Assembly: GCA_041648335.1 (NCBI GenBank)
Contig: JBAZPG010000003.1
Span: 10,605-74,604 of the forward strand
Source: Candidatus Micrarchaeia archaeon
Lineage (GTDB): Archaea > Micrarchaeota > Micrarchaeia > Norongarragalinales > Norongarragalinaceae
Length of the DNA: 64,000 bases
Direction: 5' to 3'
This document shows, piece after piece, positions 17,623-26,141 of this stretch (positions are counted from its first letter, which is position 1; each line of letters begins with the position of its first letter). Under the pieces are notes generated by a model. That model was not told where the DNA came from. It saw only the letters and a program-made list of their open reading frames with translations, and ran no database searches. The translations under genes and the position numbers were made by a program.

Positions 17623-19317
17623 TCATCCCGCGCCGCCGCCTCCACCGCCTCCACCGCCGCCCCCGCCTCCGCTGAAGCCGCCGCCGAACCCGGACGAACC
17701 CGAGCGCGCAGACGAGGCGAGCGTGGAGGAAAGCGCGGAGTTGAACAATGAAGCCGAGTGGAACGAGCCCACGTAATAGAACGAGGAGCGCTTGCGTTGG
17801 GCGTCCGTGAACGAGGAGTCCATCACCGAGGCGACCTTGTCCGCCACGCCGAGCACGGTCGCGTACACGAGGTAGCGTTCCCAGAGCACGAGGTCCGCGG
17901 GCTTGCGTTCCTTGAGGAGCGAGTAGTCGTCGAGGAAGTGCTTGAACGCGAGGAGCTTTTCCCGCTCGAGCGCGCCTTTGGGGGTGCGGCGGGGGAGCAC
18001 GGTCTTGAACGCGAAACCCAGTGCGATGAACGCGAAGAAAGAGAACACCAGCGGGAACAACGCGAGCGGGTCCGCAACCGCGAGGAAAAGCGAGAGGGCA
18101 AGCGTGATGCCGCCGTAGAGGAGGAACTTGTCGCGTCCCGCGTAATCAACGTAACCGTTGAGGGTGAGTTCGGGGAGCACGCGCTTCTTCCATTCCGAAC
18201 CGAAGTCGCGCCCGGACAGGTAATCCTTCCACTGCGAGAGCGAAAGCTTTCCGCCCGAGGAAGCGGCGCGCATCTCGTGGAGCAGGTATTCCTCGTGGGG
18301 CGCGAGCGCCCCGCGGCTGGGCGTGAACTCGAACTCGTAATCCTCGTCCTCCCCAAACAAGCCGAGTATTTTCTTTTTCTTGATTGAACGCATCTTGAGG
18401 CGCTTGCGCTGCACCAAGTCGAGCAGGGTCGCGCTCACGCCCGAAGGCGAGGCGTCCATCGAGAGAATCGCGCCCGCGAGCGCCGGGGAAATCGTGGGCG
18501 GCTCGCGCTCGTAAACGCCTTGGTAGCCCGTCGCCGGGTCGCGTCCGTAACGCAGGTAGACGAAAGTAAAGAGCGCGAAGAGCACGAACGGCGAGAGCAG
18601 GGCGAGAAGGAACCAAATCGGATTGTACTTGTTCTCAGTCCACGACTCCTCTTCGGCGAGTATGCCCGCGAGCCCCGCGCCCTCCTGCGGGGAAGCACCG
18701 CGCGTGGAGGATAATAGCGTGCGGGGGAACACAACGCGCGCCTCCACCCACTGTTCCACGGGCACGGCTGCCGCGAGCGTCACCGAAGAGTTGTCCTGCG
18801 AACGCGAAAGCGTGCCGTCAAGCGCGGGGTGCGCCCAGGCGCGCAGCTCTCCCGCGGGCGCGGGCAGTTCCACCGTAGCGGAGAAAGATTCGACGGGCAC
18901 GCCCCAACCCGAACCCCACACGCGCCAATAGAACTCTGCGACATCGTCGAACGCCTTCACCGCGCCCTCGAGCCGGTAGGACAGCTTGAAAACGCGCCGC
19001 TCGTCTTGCGCGGAAAAATGCCAGGTGACTCGGTCGCCGTCCCAGCAGTAGGTTCCGGGTTGCCCGTTGCAGGACTCCGCGTACGCAACGCCGTTCTCGC
19101 TCAACGCGAATTCGGAGAGCGAGCCGCCGCGCGAGTAATCGAACTCGCGGTAGGCGAACGAGTAGGCGCCGTTGAAGTCGAAAGTGATTTCCTCGGTTAC
19201 GAGAACCGAGCCGTCCGCGAGTATGGCGTTGTGCGACGCCGCCGCAGGGAGGGAATAGCTCTTCGCGTGCACCGAGAGGGAGAGCACGAGCAACAACAGG
19301 AAAGCGCAACGTTTCAC
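17623..19317 (-). CDS. DUF2207-like membrane protein with poly-Gly C-terminal tail
   Basis: Signal/TM, an extracellular beta-rich domain, several TM helices, and a tail FGGGFSGGGGGGGGGGGGGAG. It lies immediately upstream of lemA, a recurrent pairing. The GTG at 19317 is preferred as the start. Confidence 0.6.
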   Translation of the reverse strand: MKRCAFLLLLVLSLSVHAKSYSLPAAASHNAILADGSVLVTEEITFDFNGAYSFAYREFDYSRGGSLSEFALSENGVAYAESCNGQPGTYCWDGDRVTWHFSAQDERRVFKLSYRLEGAVKAFDDVAEFYWRVWGSGWGVPVESFSATVELPAPAGELRAWAHPALDGTLSRSQDNSSVTLAAAVPVEQWVEARVVFPRTLLSSTRGASPQEGAGLAGILAEEESWTENKYNPIWFLLALLSPFVLFALFTFVYLRYGRDPATGYQGVYEREPPTISPALAGAILSMDASPSGVSATLLDLVQRKRLKMRSIKKKKILGLFGEDEDYEFEFTPSRGALAPHEEYLLHEMRAASSGGKLSLSQWKDYLSGRDFGSEWKKRVLPELTLNGYVDYAGRDKFLLYGGITLALSLFLAVADPLALFPLVFSFFAFIALGFAFKTVLPRRTPKGALEREKLLAFKHFLDDYSLLKERKPADLVLWERYLVYATVLGVADKVASVMDSSFTDAQRKRSSFYYVGSFHSASLFNSALSSTLASSARSGSSGFGGGFSGGGGGGGGGGGGGAG

Positions 19318-19336
19318 GGCGAGTAAAGGCAGCGGG

Positions 19337-19350
19337 TTAATTAATTTAAA
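19337..19350. promoter_or_regulatory. Central palindromic A/T box shared by divergent genes (starts at 19317 and 19369)
   Basis: TTAATTAATTTAAA is centred ~26 nt from both start codons in a 51-bp intergenic region. Confidence 0.45.
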
Positions 19351-19368
19351 CCGAGTTGTTTTGTTTGT

Positions 19369-19932
19369 ATGCGTTTCTTCAAGCACGGGGAAGTGCTCGC
19401 AATAGCGTTACCCGAGTCCCTGCGCGCCAGGCACGGGGTGCGCGAGGGCGATGACTACGAGTTCGTGGAAGTCGCGCAAGGCGTTTTCGCGCTCGCACGC
19501 AAGACGCCCGGGGAGCCGGCGCGTCCCGCGCTTGCCGAATCCAAGCCAGCAGCAGGCGCGCCCGCGAGAATTGTGAAACCCGCGGAGAAAATAAAGGCGT
19601 CGCCCGAGGCAATGGCGTTCGCGCGCGCGGGTTACGCGGTGCTCAACAGCGAGGGCGAGGCAAAGCAGTTGAGCGACGAACTCGAGCAATTCATAAAGAA
19701 CGGGCAGGTCGTGGGGGTGCGCGGGTTCGACAAGCGCTTCTATGTCGTATCCCGCGAGTTCCTCGAACGCCATTCCTCCGCTGTTTTGGGCGCTTTGAAG
19801 GAGCCGAACACCGCGCGCGTTGCCGCTGCCCAGGCGAAAATGGCTTTCGACGCGTTCAACGCCGCGCTCGTGGTCCTAAAGGAGCAGGGCGAGATAATCG
19901 AGAAGAAGAAAGGCGTATTCCAGACTGTCTGA
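19369..19932 (+). CDS. Hypothetical protein with N-terminal AbrB/SpoVT-like domain
   Basis: MRFFKHGEVLAIALPESLRARHGVREGDDYEFVEV resembles a swapped-hairpin AbrB/MazE-type fold. The rest was not recognised. Confidence 0.45.
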   Translation: MRFFKHGEVLAIALPESLRARHGVREGDDYEFVEVAQGVFALARKTPGEPARPALAESKPAAGAPARIVKPAEKIKASPEAMAFARAGYAVLNSEGEAKQLSDELEQFIKNGQVVGVRGFDKRFYVVSREFLERHSSAVLGALKEPNTARVAAAQAKMAFDAFNAALVVLKEQGEIIEKKKGVFQTV

Positions 19933-19936
19933 TTCT

Positions 19937-20089
19937 TCAGAGCATTTGGGCTAAGAGGACCACGATGATTACCGCGAGGGTGGCGCCCACGATTACGCGC
20001 GGGTCCACCTGTATCTTGCTCGCGTTGACATCGTAGAAGCGCATCAAGCCCGTGGAGGACTGTGGCGCGGTGATTTTCTCTTGAGCCAT
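19937..20089 (-). CDS. secG: Preprotein translocase subunit Sec61-beta (archaeal SecG)
   Basis: 50 aa from the internal ATG: MAQEKITAPQSSTGLMRFYDV...DPRVIVGATLAVIIVVLLAQML. It has the typical GLxRFY motif plus a C-terminal TM. Confidence 0.75.
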   Translation of the reverse strand: MAQEKITAPQSSTGLMRFYDVNASKIQVDPRVIVGATLAVIIVVLLAQML

Positions 20090-20108
20090 GACAAATGATT
20101 GGCTCACC

Positions 20109-20120
20109 AAATATTTAAAT
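20109..20120. promoter_or_regulatory. Central A/T box shared by divergent genes (starts at 20089 and 20147)
   Basis: AAATATTTAAAT lies in a 57-bp divergent intergenic region, 20-27 nt from both ATGs. Confidence 0.45.
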
Positions 20121-20146
20121 GCCTCGCGGGGCGTGTTTAATCCAGT

Positions 20147-21040
20147 ATGGCTTACGAACGCAACCCGCTCCTGGGCGAACTGCCCCACATCCTAGCCTTC
20201 ATCCTGCTCCTGGTGGTGCTCCTCGTGGTGCTCACCCGCTTCGGCTGGGTGCACTGCTCGCAGGTGCCCGGGAACTGGTGCGAGATTTACTGCGACCAAA
20301 TCCTGCGTTCGCACTCGCGCGTGATACTCCTGTCGGGAGACGAGGGCTTGGGCGACCCCCGGGCGCTCGAGAACGAGATACGCAGGGTGCGTCCTTACAC
20401 TTACCTCGAACCGTTCGACGCGGAATACCTGACCGCAGGCATGCTCGAGAACGCGGACCTGGTGATACTCGAGCGCATGCGCACGGTCTCGTTCACCCAG
20501 GCGCTCGCGATACGCGACTACGTGCAAAAGGGCGGCGCAATGATTTGGATCGGCGACGCGGCAACCGACTACTATGTTGACGACTACGAGCTAGCCAAGG
20601 CGCGCGCCATGGACGACGAGGCGGTTTACGCGGCTGAGGCGGGCGGCTATAATATTTCGGACGCGAACTACTACGAGCACGCGCTCTTGAACGCGTCCGG
20701 ACAGCGCGGGTTCTACTTCCTCTCGGGCGTGCTCGCCTCCGACTTCACGGCGGTGAACTCTACGGACGGGGGGGCGGGCTTGAAGATAGTTAACCGCAAC
20801 CACTTGATTGCCAAAGGGCTGTCGCCCGAATTCGGCATCCTCGCCTCGGAGTACGCGGTAGTCGCGCCCACCGCGCAGTCCGCCAACATAATCGCCATGG
20901 TGACCGCGGACGGCAAGGACTATCCCGGGATAATCGAAACGCGTTACGGCGGCAAAGTAATATTCGTGGCTTTCCCGCTCGAACAGGCGAACTCGACCAC
21001 GCTCTTGATGAACATACTCGACTACCTCGTGGCCTGTTGA
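20147..21040 (+). CDS. Membrane-anchored hypothetical protein with GATase1/ThuA-like motif
   Basis: N-terminal TM (ILAFILLLVVLLVVL). The motif ADLVILERM...ALAIRDYVQKGGAMIWIGDAA is shared with the pilin-like protein at 38442-39572. Confidence 0.5.
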   Translation: MAYERNPLLGELPHILAFILLLVVLLVVLTRFGWVHCSQVPGNWCEIYCDQILRSHSRVILLSGDEGLGDPRALENEIRRVRPYTYLEPFDAEYLTAGMLENADLVILERMRTVSFTQALAIRDYVQKGGAMIWIGDAATDYYVDDYELAKARAMDDEAVYAAEAGGYNISDANYYEHALLNASGQRGFYFLSGVLASDFTAVNSTDGGAGLKIVNRNHLIAKGLSPEFGILASEYAVVAPTAQSANIIAMVTADGKDYPGIIETRYGGKVIFVAFPLEQANSTTLLMNILDYLVAC

Positions 21041-21052
21041 AAAGGGTTAGGA

Positions 21053-21829
21053 TTACTTATTGAATGGTAGCCTGGCGGTTACCTTCCGCGCTATTCCTTC
21101 AAATTCTGGCAATTCAATCATTACTTTTTCCAAGTCGCGTTTCCAACGCGGTTCCAAGATAGCCATACGTTTTTCAAATGAAGTCGCAGTCAACTCCGCG
21201 GGAATTAATGCAAGCTTTTCTTCAATTAATTTTTTGTTGGGAACTACCATTTGTTCAAGCAAAAAATTGGCATCGTATAAATCTCGCGGTTTTGGTCGGT
21301 TGTATATTGCATGAATCTTTTCTGCAAAAATTTCTTCAAGCTGCATACAGGGCAATTGCGTTTTGGGTAAGGCATACTCGTTTGGATTCTGCACCAACCT
21401 ACTCACAGGCGGCCGCAACACTTGATTTTTACATGCAATTTCTAAATTTATCGAATCTATTTGCGGATATTCGCTTATTTGACTAGTATACTGCAATTTC
21501 AACGCAATATTTTCTGTTGTCCGTTCAAGACGGTTCACTTTTACGAAGAATACTCCGTCAATGACCTTGTTTTCAAATGCTTTTTTGATTTCTTGGTCAT
21601 ACTCGCTTTCAGTGACTAGAGAAAAATCCAAGTCTGAAGAAAATCGAAATTTGGGAAAATAACTTTTTTTAATGCAAGTTCCGCCCTTAAAAACGAGCTT
21701 TTCTGCCAGTTTTGTTTCGGCTATTTTTGAAAGGGCCACCGATAACACGTAATCTTTTTCAGCGTTGCCCAAGCTCATTCTTGTTTTTCGCGCAATTCGT
21801 CTAAACAACTCAATATCGAATTTATTCAT
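21053..21829 (-). CDS. abiEii: AbiEii/AbiGii-family nucleotidyltransferase toxin (DUF1814)
   Basis: FKGGTCIKKSYFPKFRFSSDLDFS matches the NTase motif of AbiEii. 258 aa, AT-rich codon usage, and it directly abuts abiEi (TAAATG junction). Confidence 0.8.
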   Translation of the reverse strand: MNKFDIELFRRIARKTRMSLGNAEKDYVLSVALSKIAETKLAEKLVFKGGTCIKKSYFPKFRFSSDLDFSLVTESEYDQEIKKAFENKVIDGVFFVKVNRLERTTENIALKLQYTSQISEYPQIDSINLEIACKNQVLRPPVSRLVQNPNEYALPKTQLPCMQLEEIFAEKIHAIYNRPKPRDLYDANFLLEQMVVPNKKLIEEKLALIPAELTATSFEKRMAILEPRWKRDLEKVMIELPEFEGIARKVTARLPFNK

Positions 21830-22615
21830 TTACTTCATTTCCTCGTCTAGGACGACGTTTAGTCTGAGCCCATATTTCGAATCAAATCTTCCTTTTGCCG
21901 GAGCGGAGGGATCGAGAAGACGGTAACCTTTGAATTTTTTCTTTTCAAAGTGTTTTAGTGCGTTTTTCAAATGCAAAAACTTTAAACAAAATGTTAATCT
22001 TCGTTCCGTCGCGCTATTTCCCGCCCTATCTGAGAAATATCTGACCGAAGCCCATTTTATTGAACGCGACTCCCGTCTAAGTGCATTACAAATTTCACCC
22101 AGTCCCGCACAATACTTGGGATGAGAAAAGCAGTCAATTACCAGCTTTTCTTTGGTTGCAATCTTAATATTTCCAACGGTTTGGTACCCGCAAAACTTTT
22201 TTTCGGAAATTCTTACGGGCACATAGGTAATTTCTTGAAATTTTTTCTTCGTTCTACTTTTAGTGGTTACCACTTGAATCGTAACAGGTAATTGAGTGGT
22301 CCAGCCATAATATTTTAGGGCAGCCAGAAACGAAATATATCCCTCTGGAAAATATTCGGCGGCCAACGACAATTCGTTCAATGCATAATCCTCTTCCTTC
22401 AAAGGAACTAGGAGATACCGTCCGCGTTTGATTCTCTGAACCCGACCTTTTACAACAAGTTTAGAAAGTGTTTTGCGAACCAAATTTTTTGTGGAATTAG
22501 GGAAAAACGAGTATACCTCGTTTATGTTAAACAATCTATTCTTATTTCTCTCCAAGGTGGAAAGAATTTCAAACTGAAATGCACCGATTCCATTTTTTTT
22601 GTGGTTAATTACCAT
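21830..22615 (-). CDS. abiEi: AbiEi-family antitoxin / transcriptional regulator
   Basis: N-terminal winged helix (FEILSTLERNKNRLFNINEVYSFF...LSKLVVKGRVQRIKRGRYLLVP) plus a C-terminal AbiEi-type domain. It sits upstream of abiEii in the canonical order. Confidence 0.75.
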   Translation of the reverse strand: MVINHKKNGIGAFQFEILSTLERNKNRLFNINEVYSFFPNSTKNLVRKTLSKLVVKGRVQRIKRGRYLLVPLKEEDYALNELSLAAEYFPEGYISFLAALKYYGWTTQLPVTIQVVTTKSRTKKKFQEITYVPVRISEKKFCGYQTVGNIKIATKEKLVIDCFSHPKYCAGLGEICNALRRESRSIKWASVRYFSDRAGNSATERRLTFCLKFLHLKNALKHFEKKKFKGYRLLDPSAPAKGRFDSKYGLRLNVVLDEEMK

Positions 22616-22639
22616 ATTGGTAATTAACGAATCTGAAAG

Positions 22640-22647
22640 TATATAAA
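22640..22647 (-). promoter_or_regulatory. TATA box for abiEi-abiEii (leaderless spacing)
   Basis: The minus strand reads TTTATATA, centred ~28 nt upstream of the ATG at 22615. Confidence 0.5.
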
Positions 22648-22676
22648 GTTACCTCTAACGAGATTATTGCGTGTGG

Positions 22677-22705
22677 TTAAACCACTCCTGAAAGGAGTGG
22701 TTTAA
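22677..22705. repeat. Perfect 12-bp inverted repeat (TTAAACCACTCC-TGAAA-GGAGTGGTTTAA)
   Basis: Read directly from the sequence. It lies between the fen stop (22727) and the abiEi TATA box, at the GC-content boundary of the AbiE islet. Confidence 0.8.
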
Positions 22706-22726
22706 GTAGCGCTTAAATCGGCACCG

Positions 22727-23755
22727 TCAAAACCACTTCTTGAGCGTGCCCTGGTTCTGGTCGCGCGGCTGGTTGAACGCCCGGGCGAGCGCCGCGTTAA
22801 CGCGCTCTTCCGCGAAGTCGCGTTCGGAACACATGAACGAAAGCAGGGCGTCGCGGTCGGGCTCCCCCAACGCGGGTATCTCGGCAGGCGCGGCGTTCGG
22901 GTTAAGGAAAAGCGATTCGACTTCCTTGAACGAAGAGTAGTCCTGTCCGGTCTTCGCGCACAATTCCTCCAAATCGCGGCACTCGAGCGCGAGCTTGTAG
23001 CCCTTCTTGGGCCCGATGCCGTGCACGCCCTTGTTGAAATCCGTGCCGCACAACAACGCCACCCACACCAGTCGCTCGCGCGTCACGCCAAGGCGCGCGA
23101 GGTTGGGTTCGAGGAAATACTTTTCGGGGTGCACCTCGACCACCGCGTTCGAACGCGGGAGGCGGCGCCTGCCGGCGAGCGTGAGGTTGCGCACGAGTAT
23201 GGGTGCGCCGAACAGCAAGGCATCGAAGTCCTGGCTCGCTGCCGCGTCCACGGCACCGCGCGCGGCTAAGAAGGCGCATTCGGCTTCGCCTTCGCTGGGC
23301 GCCTGAACGAACGGAATCCCCATCAGGCGCAGCAACTCCTTTGACTCGTCCACCATCTCTCGCGTGAAACGGCTCGTGCGCTGGGCGAAGCGCGCCGCAT
23401 CCTCGATTCGCCCTTCCTCGAGCGCCTTGCGCATCAACTCCTCGGCCTCGGCTTTTTTCTCGGCGCGCTCGGCAATCGTGCGCGCCTTCAACTCGGAGGG
23501 CTTGCCGTCGAACACGTAAACCGGTTGCACGCCCTTCTCGAGGAGCGAACACGAACGGTAAAAGAACCCGCTCAAGTGGCTCGTAACGCGCCCCTTGGCG
23601 TCCGCCAGGGGGGCGCCGTCCGGCCCGCGTATCGTGCTCAGGAACTGGTAGGCGGTGTTGAACGCGTCCACCGCAAGACGGCCGCGGAGCTCCTCGAGGC
23701 GGACGGGCTCGCCTTCCAGCAAATCCTTGAGGTCTTTAGCGCCCAATTTTTTCAC
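22727..23755 (-). CDS. fen: Flap endonuclease 1 (FEN-1)
   Basis: LAVDAFNTAYQFLSTIRGPDGAPLADAKGRVTSHLSGFFYRSCSLLEKGVQPVYVFDGKP is the canonical FEN-1 N domain. 342 aa. Confidence 0.92.
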   Translation of the reverse strand: MKKLGAKDLKDLLEGEPVRLEELRGRLAVDAFNTAYQFLSTIRGPDGAPLADAKGRVTSHLSGFFYRSCSLLEKGVQPVYVFDGKPSELKARTIAERAEKKAEAEELMRKALEEGRIEDAARFAQRTSRFTREMVDESKELLRLMGIPFVQAPSEGEAECAFLAARGAVDAAASQDFDALLFGAPILVRNLTLAGRRRLPRSNAVVEVHPEKYFLEPNLARLGVTRERLVWVALLCGTDFNKGVHGIGPKKGYKLALECRDLEELCAKTGQDYSSFKEVESLFLNPNAAPAEIPALGEPDRDALLSFMCSERDFAEERVNAALARAFNQPRDQNQGTLKKWF

Positions 23756-24350
23756 CGTTCAAACGCGTCTCTATGCGCGTCAAATAATACAACAGTTTCC
23801 TGCGCTTGGCGGCATCCGCCACGGCGAGCGCGGCTTCCCTCATTTTCGTGGTATTCAAGCCGGACAACTCGAGGAATACCACGCGGTTGTTCACGAAACC
23901 CACGTTCTCGGGCTGGTCGTTCACACCCACGCCCACGCGGTCCGCTTTCCGAACTGCATCCGCTACTTCCTGGGAGCGGCTGCGGGCGTAATGTGCGCCG
24001 CATTCTCCGCATTCGCAACCTTTTGTTTCAAACAAGTGCTTCACATATTTTTTGTGCCCTTCATCGAGCTCGAGGAAACGCGAGTACAATTGCGGCTTGC
24101 GCGGGAGGCGGCGCGAAGGCAGGGGTAGGCGGGGCGGCAGGCGGGCGCCAAGCGTTTCCAAGCCCGTTCCCGGGTGAAAAGCGTTCAAGAACTTGTTCGC
24201 GTAATAAACCACTATTGGGTTCTGCGTGCGGTCGCGGGGGCGAAACTTGTTCTCGCGGCAGACGAACCCGGTTTCGGGTGAGCGATAGACGCGCGCTTCC
24301 GCTCCTTCGGCTATGAACACCTTGTTGCGGTTGCAGCGCGGAATCGGCAT
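23736..24350 (-). CDS. Hypothetical protein (204 aa from the internal ATG)
   Basis: The ORF is co-directional with fen and overlaps it by 20 nt. The ATG at 24350 is placed correctly relative to the TTTAAA box at 24375-24380. It contains a CECGECG motif. No family recognised. Confidence 0.45.
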   Translation of the reverse strand: MPIPRCNRNKVFIAEGAEARVYRSPETGFVCRENKFRPRDRTQNPIVVYYANKFLNAFHPGTGLETLGARLPPRLPLPSRRLPRKPQLYSRFLELDEGHKKYVKHLFETKGCECGECGAHYARSRSQEVADAVRKADRVGVGVNDQPENVGFVNNRVVFLELSGLNTTKMREAALAVADAAKRRKLLYYLTRIETRLNGEKIGR

Positions 24351-24374
24351 ATAACAAATTTTAAAGAGGCACGC

Positions 24375-24380
24375 TTTAAA
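24375..24380. promoter_or_regulatory. Palindromic TTTAAA box shared by divergent genes (starts at 24350 and 24400)
   Basis: 49-bp divergent intergenic region. The box centre is ~27 nt and ~22 nt from the two ATGs. Confidence 0.45.
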
Positions 24381-24399
24381 GAATGCGGGTGGGCGGAAC

Positions 24400-24852
24400 A
24401 TGGACGAGTGCAGTGTTTGCGGTCGAAACGAGAGCGTGGGCACCGCGTTAATCGAGGGCGCGCGCGTGACGGTTTGCGCCCGGTGCGTTGGCTACGGCAA
24501 GAACGTGGATTTGTACGCGCCCGCACAAAGCGGGCGTCCGGCGTTCGTGCGCGCGAAACCCGTTGAACTGGTTCCCGCCGAGGACTGCGGGCAACGGATA
24601 ACAAGGGCGCGCGAAGCCAAGGGTTGGACGCGCCGCGAGTTGGCCGAACGCGTGCCCGTGCACGAGAGTGAAATCAAGTCGTTCGAGGACGGGCGCGTGA
24701 AGCCCCTGCCCGAAAAGGCGAAGAAACTCGAGTACATCCTGGGGGCGAAGCTCTTGGTTCCGGCTGAAGACAACTCGCCGGCGAAGCCGATTTTACCCAA
24801 GCCGGCTTCGGGTGAAGCGACGCTTGAGGATTACCTGAAGCGCAAGCGTTAG
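24400..24852 (+). CDS. mbf1: Archaeal multiprotein bridging factor 1 (aMBF1; Zn-ribbon + XRE-type HTH)
   Basis: CSVCG...CARCV zinc ribbon followed by GQRITRAREAKGWTRRELAERVPVHESEIKSFEDG (HTH_3). Confidence 0.8.
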   Translation: MDECSVCGRNESVGTALIEGARVTVCARCVGYGKNVDLYAPAQSGRPAFVRAKPVELVPAEDCGQRITRAREAKGWTRRELAERVPVHESEIKSFEDGRVKPLPEKAKKLEYILGAKLLVPAEDNSPAKPILPKPASGEATLEDYLKRKR

Positions 24853-25349
24853 TCGACTTTAATCTCGGAGCCCTTGGGTTTCGAGGGCTTGACTTTCGGC
24901 AGGACAACTTCAAGGATGCCGTTCTTGAGGGTTGCCTTGCAGGAGTCCGCCTTGACTTTCGCAGGGAGCTTGACCGTGGTAGCGAAACGGTGGACTGGGT
25001 CGTCCACGCTTATCGCGAGCGATTCCCCCTCCACTTTTATGCGGAGGTGCCTGCGCTCGACGCCGGGTAACTCCATTATCGCCTTGACTTCGCCCTCGCA
25101 GTCGATGATTTCGGTTAGCGGGGCGCGTTCCTCACGGACACCCTCGCGGTCAAGGTTGCCGAACTCGCTCTTGTGAACTTTGCCGTCCGGACCGCGGGTG
25201 ACGCGCAATCCGTAAACCAGGGGTTTGCCGGGTTCCGCGCCCTTCAACTGCGCGAACATGTCCTTGAACGCGTCGTCGCCGAAGAAACCCTTGAACAAGT
25301 CGTCGAAATCGTTGAAGTCGTCGTTGAACGAAATTCTTCTCTTAACCAA
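24849..25349 (-). CDS. hsp20: Small heat-shock protein (Hsp20/alpha-crystallin)
   Basis: The C-terminal alpha-crystallin domain ends with ATLKNGILEVVLPK, a classic Hsp20 signature. Confidence 0.85.
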   Translation of the reverse strand: MVKRRISFNDDFNDFDDLFKGFFGDDAFKDMFAQLKGAEPGKPLVYGLRVTRGPDGKVHKSEFGNLDREGVREERAPLTEIIDCEGEVKAIMELPGVERRHLRIKVEGESLAISVDDPVHRFATTVKLPAKVKADSCKATLKNGILEVVLPKVKPSKPKGSEIKVD

Positions 25350-25424
25350 AGCGAACCACCCTTGAGCGTTAATAATAGGACAAGCGGAACTGATTTAACT
25401 GTTTTTCGCGCTTAACACTTGGTT

Positions 25425-25497
25425 AGCCCCGTCGTCCAGTGGTCAAGGATGCTGGCCTTTGAAGCCGGAGACGGCAGTTCGAATCTGCCCGGGGCTA
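25425..25497 (+). tRNA. tRNA-Gln (anticodon UUG)
   Basis: Cloverleaf folded by hand. Acceptor AGCCCCG/CGGGGCT (A1:U72), D arm GTCC/GGAT, anticodon stem CTGGC/GCCGG with loop CTTTGAA, T arm GGCAG-TTCGAAT-CTGCC. No encoded CCA. Confidence 0.9.
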
Positions 25498-25528
25498 TCT
25501 AATTCTAAATCCCTTTCTTTTGATGAAT

Positions 25529-25552
25529 CCTTTTCTTTCGGGAAAGAAAAGG
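25529..25552. terminator. Perfect 11-bp inverted repeat between convergent tRNA-Gln and the 155-aa gene
   Basis: CCTTTTCTTTC-GG-GAAAGAAAAGG, flanked by T-rich runs on both strands. A plausible bidirectional terminator. Confidence 0.4.
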
Positions 25553-25589
25553 TTCTTTCTGAAACTTGCCAGGAGCTATTTCGATGGAA

Positions 25590-26057
25590 CTAATTTTTGC
25601 GCCGTTCTAGGGCATACCCTTCGAATATTACTTTGAAAAGCTTCTGATGGCTAGCCGAAATTTCGTGGTGTTTGGGCGCCGATAACGAGAGGGTAACCGA
25701 GGAAGTCGGCTTGTTGTTCACCTGCAAACCCGGCGTGCGGAGCAACTTGATTTCAAAGTCGTTGTTAGAGAACAGGTTTAGGAAACGGGAGAAACCGCGG
25801 CGGGTGGGGCGCGTGAAAAGCAACGCGTTTTCATTTTTAGTGTTCAACTTGAAACCGTGCTCTCTTGACACGAGTGTTAAGGATAGGAACGCGCGTAGAG
25901 ACTCGAATTTTTCGGGATTAACGACAACGTGCAAGCGGTCACCCTGCAGGTTCGCCTGGTAGCGTTCCCCGTATTGCTTGTAAAAAGTGCCTACGACGTC
26001 GCGGACGCATTCACCCGCAGGGCGCTCGATTGATTTTTGCATAATCTGTTTTGGCAT
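25590..26057 (-). CDS. Hypothetical protein (155 aa), lower-GC gene
   Basis: Clean ORF in a region with no competing frame. No recognisable motif. Confidence 0.5.
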   Translation of the reverse strand: MPKQIMQKSIERPAGECVRDVVGTFYKQYGERYQANLQGDRLHVVVNPEKFESLRAFLSLTLVSREHGFKLNTKNENALLFTRPTRRGFSRFLNLFSNNDFEIKLLRTPGLQVNNKPTSSVTLSLSAPKHHEISASHQKLFKVIFEGYALERRKN

Positions 26058-26141
26058 ATACTTGAAACTCGTTTTTCGAAGGATTTAAATGCTCTCTTAA
26101 CCCAAATTCGTGCGTCAAACTTCAATTGGTTAGGTGGTTTA

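Noticed and set aside
17623-17700. Poly-Gly coding run as evidence of a frameshifted or pseudogenised DUF2207 gene
   Set aside because: The frame is continuous to a normal stop directly before lemA, and Gly-rich tails occur in this family. There is no sign of disruption.
21041-22726. Calling the AbiE islet a mobile element
   Set aside because: No integrase, transposase, terminal inverted repeats or target-site duplications could be found in the flanks. Only compositional evidence supports horizontal origin, so it is reported as a finding and not annotated as a mobile_element.
23736-24350. Possible Bud32/RIO-like small kinase (GAEARVY near the N-terminus; NDQPENVGFV...FLELSG resembling a catalytic loop and DFG)
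   Set aside because: The resemblance rests on two short, imperfect motifs. The catalytic HxD/Lys residues are not identifiable by eye. It is left as hypothetical pending profile searches.
25520-25562. Possible C/D box sRNA (TGATGA at 25521 and CTGA near 25558) downstream of tRNA-Gln
   Set aside because: It is only ~43 nt long, has no internal D'/C' boxes, and the interior is a perfect self-complementary hairpin rather than guide sequence. It is better explained as a bidirectional terminator.
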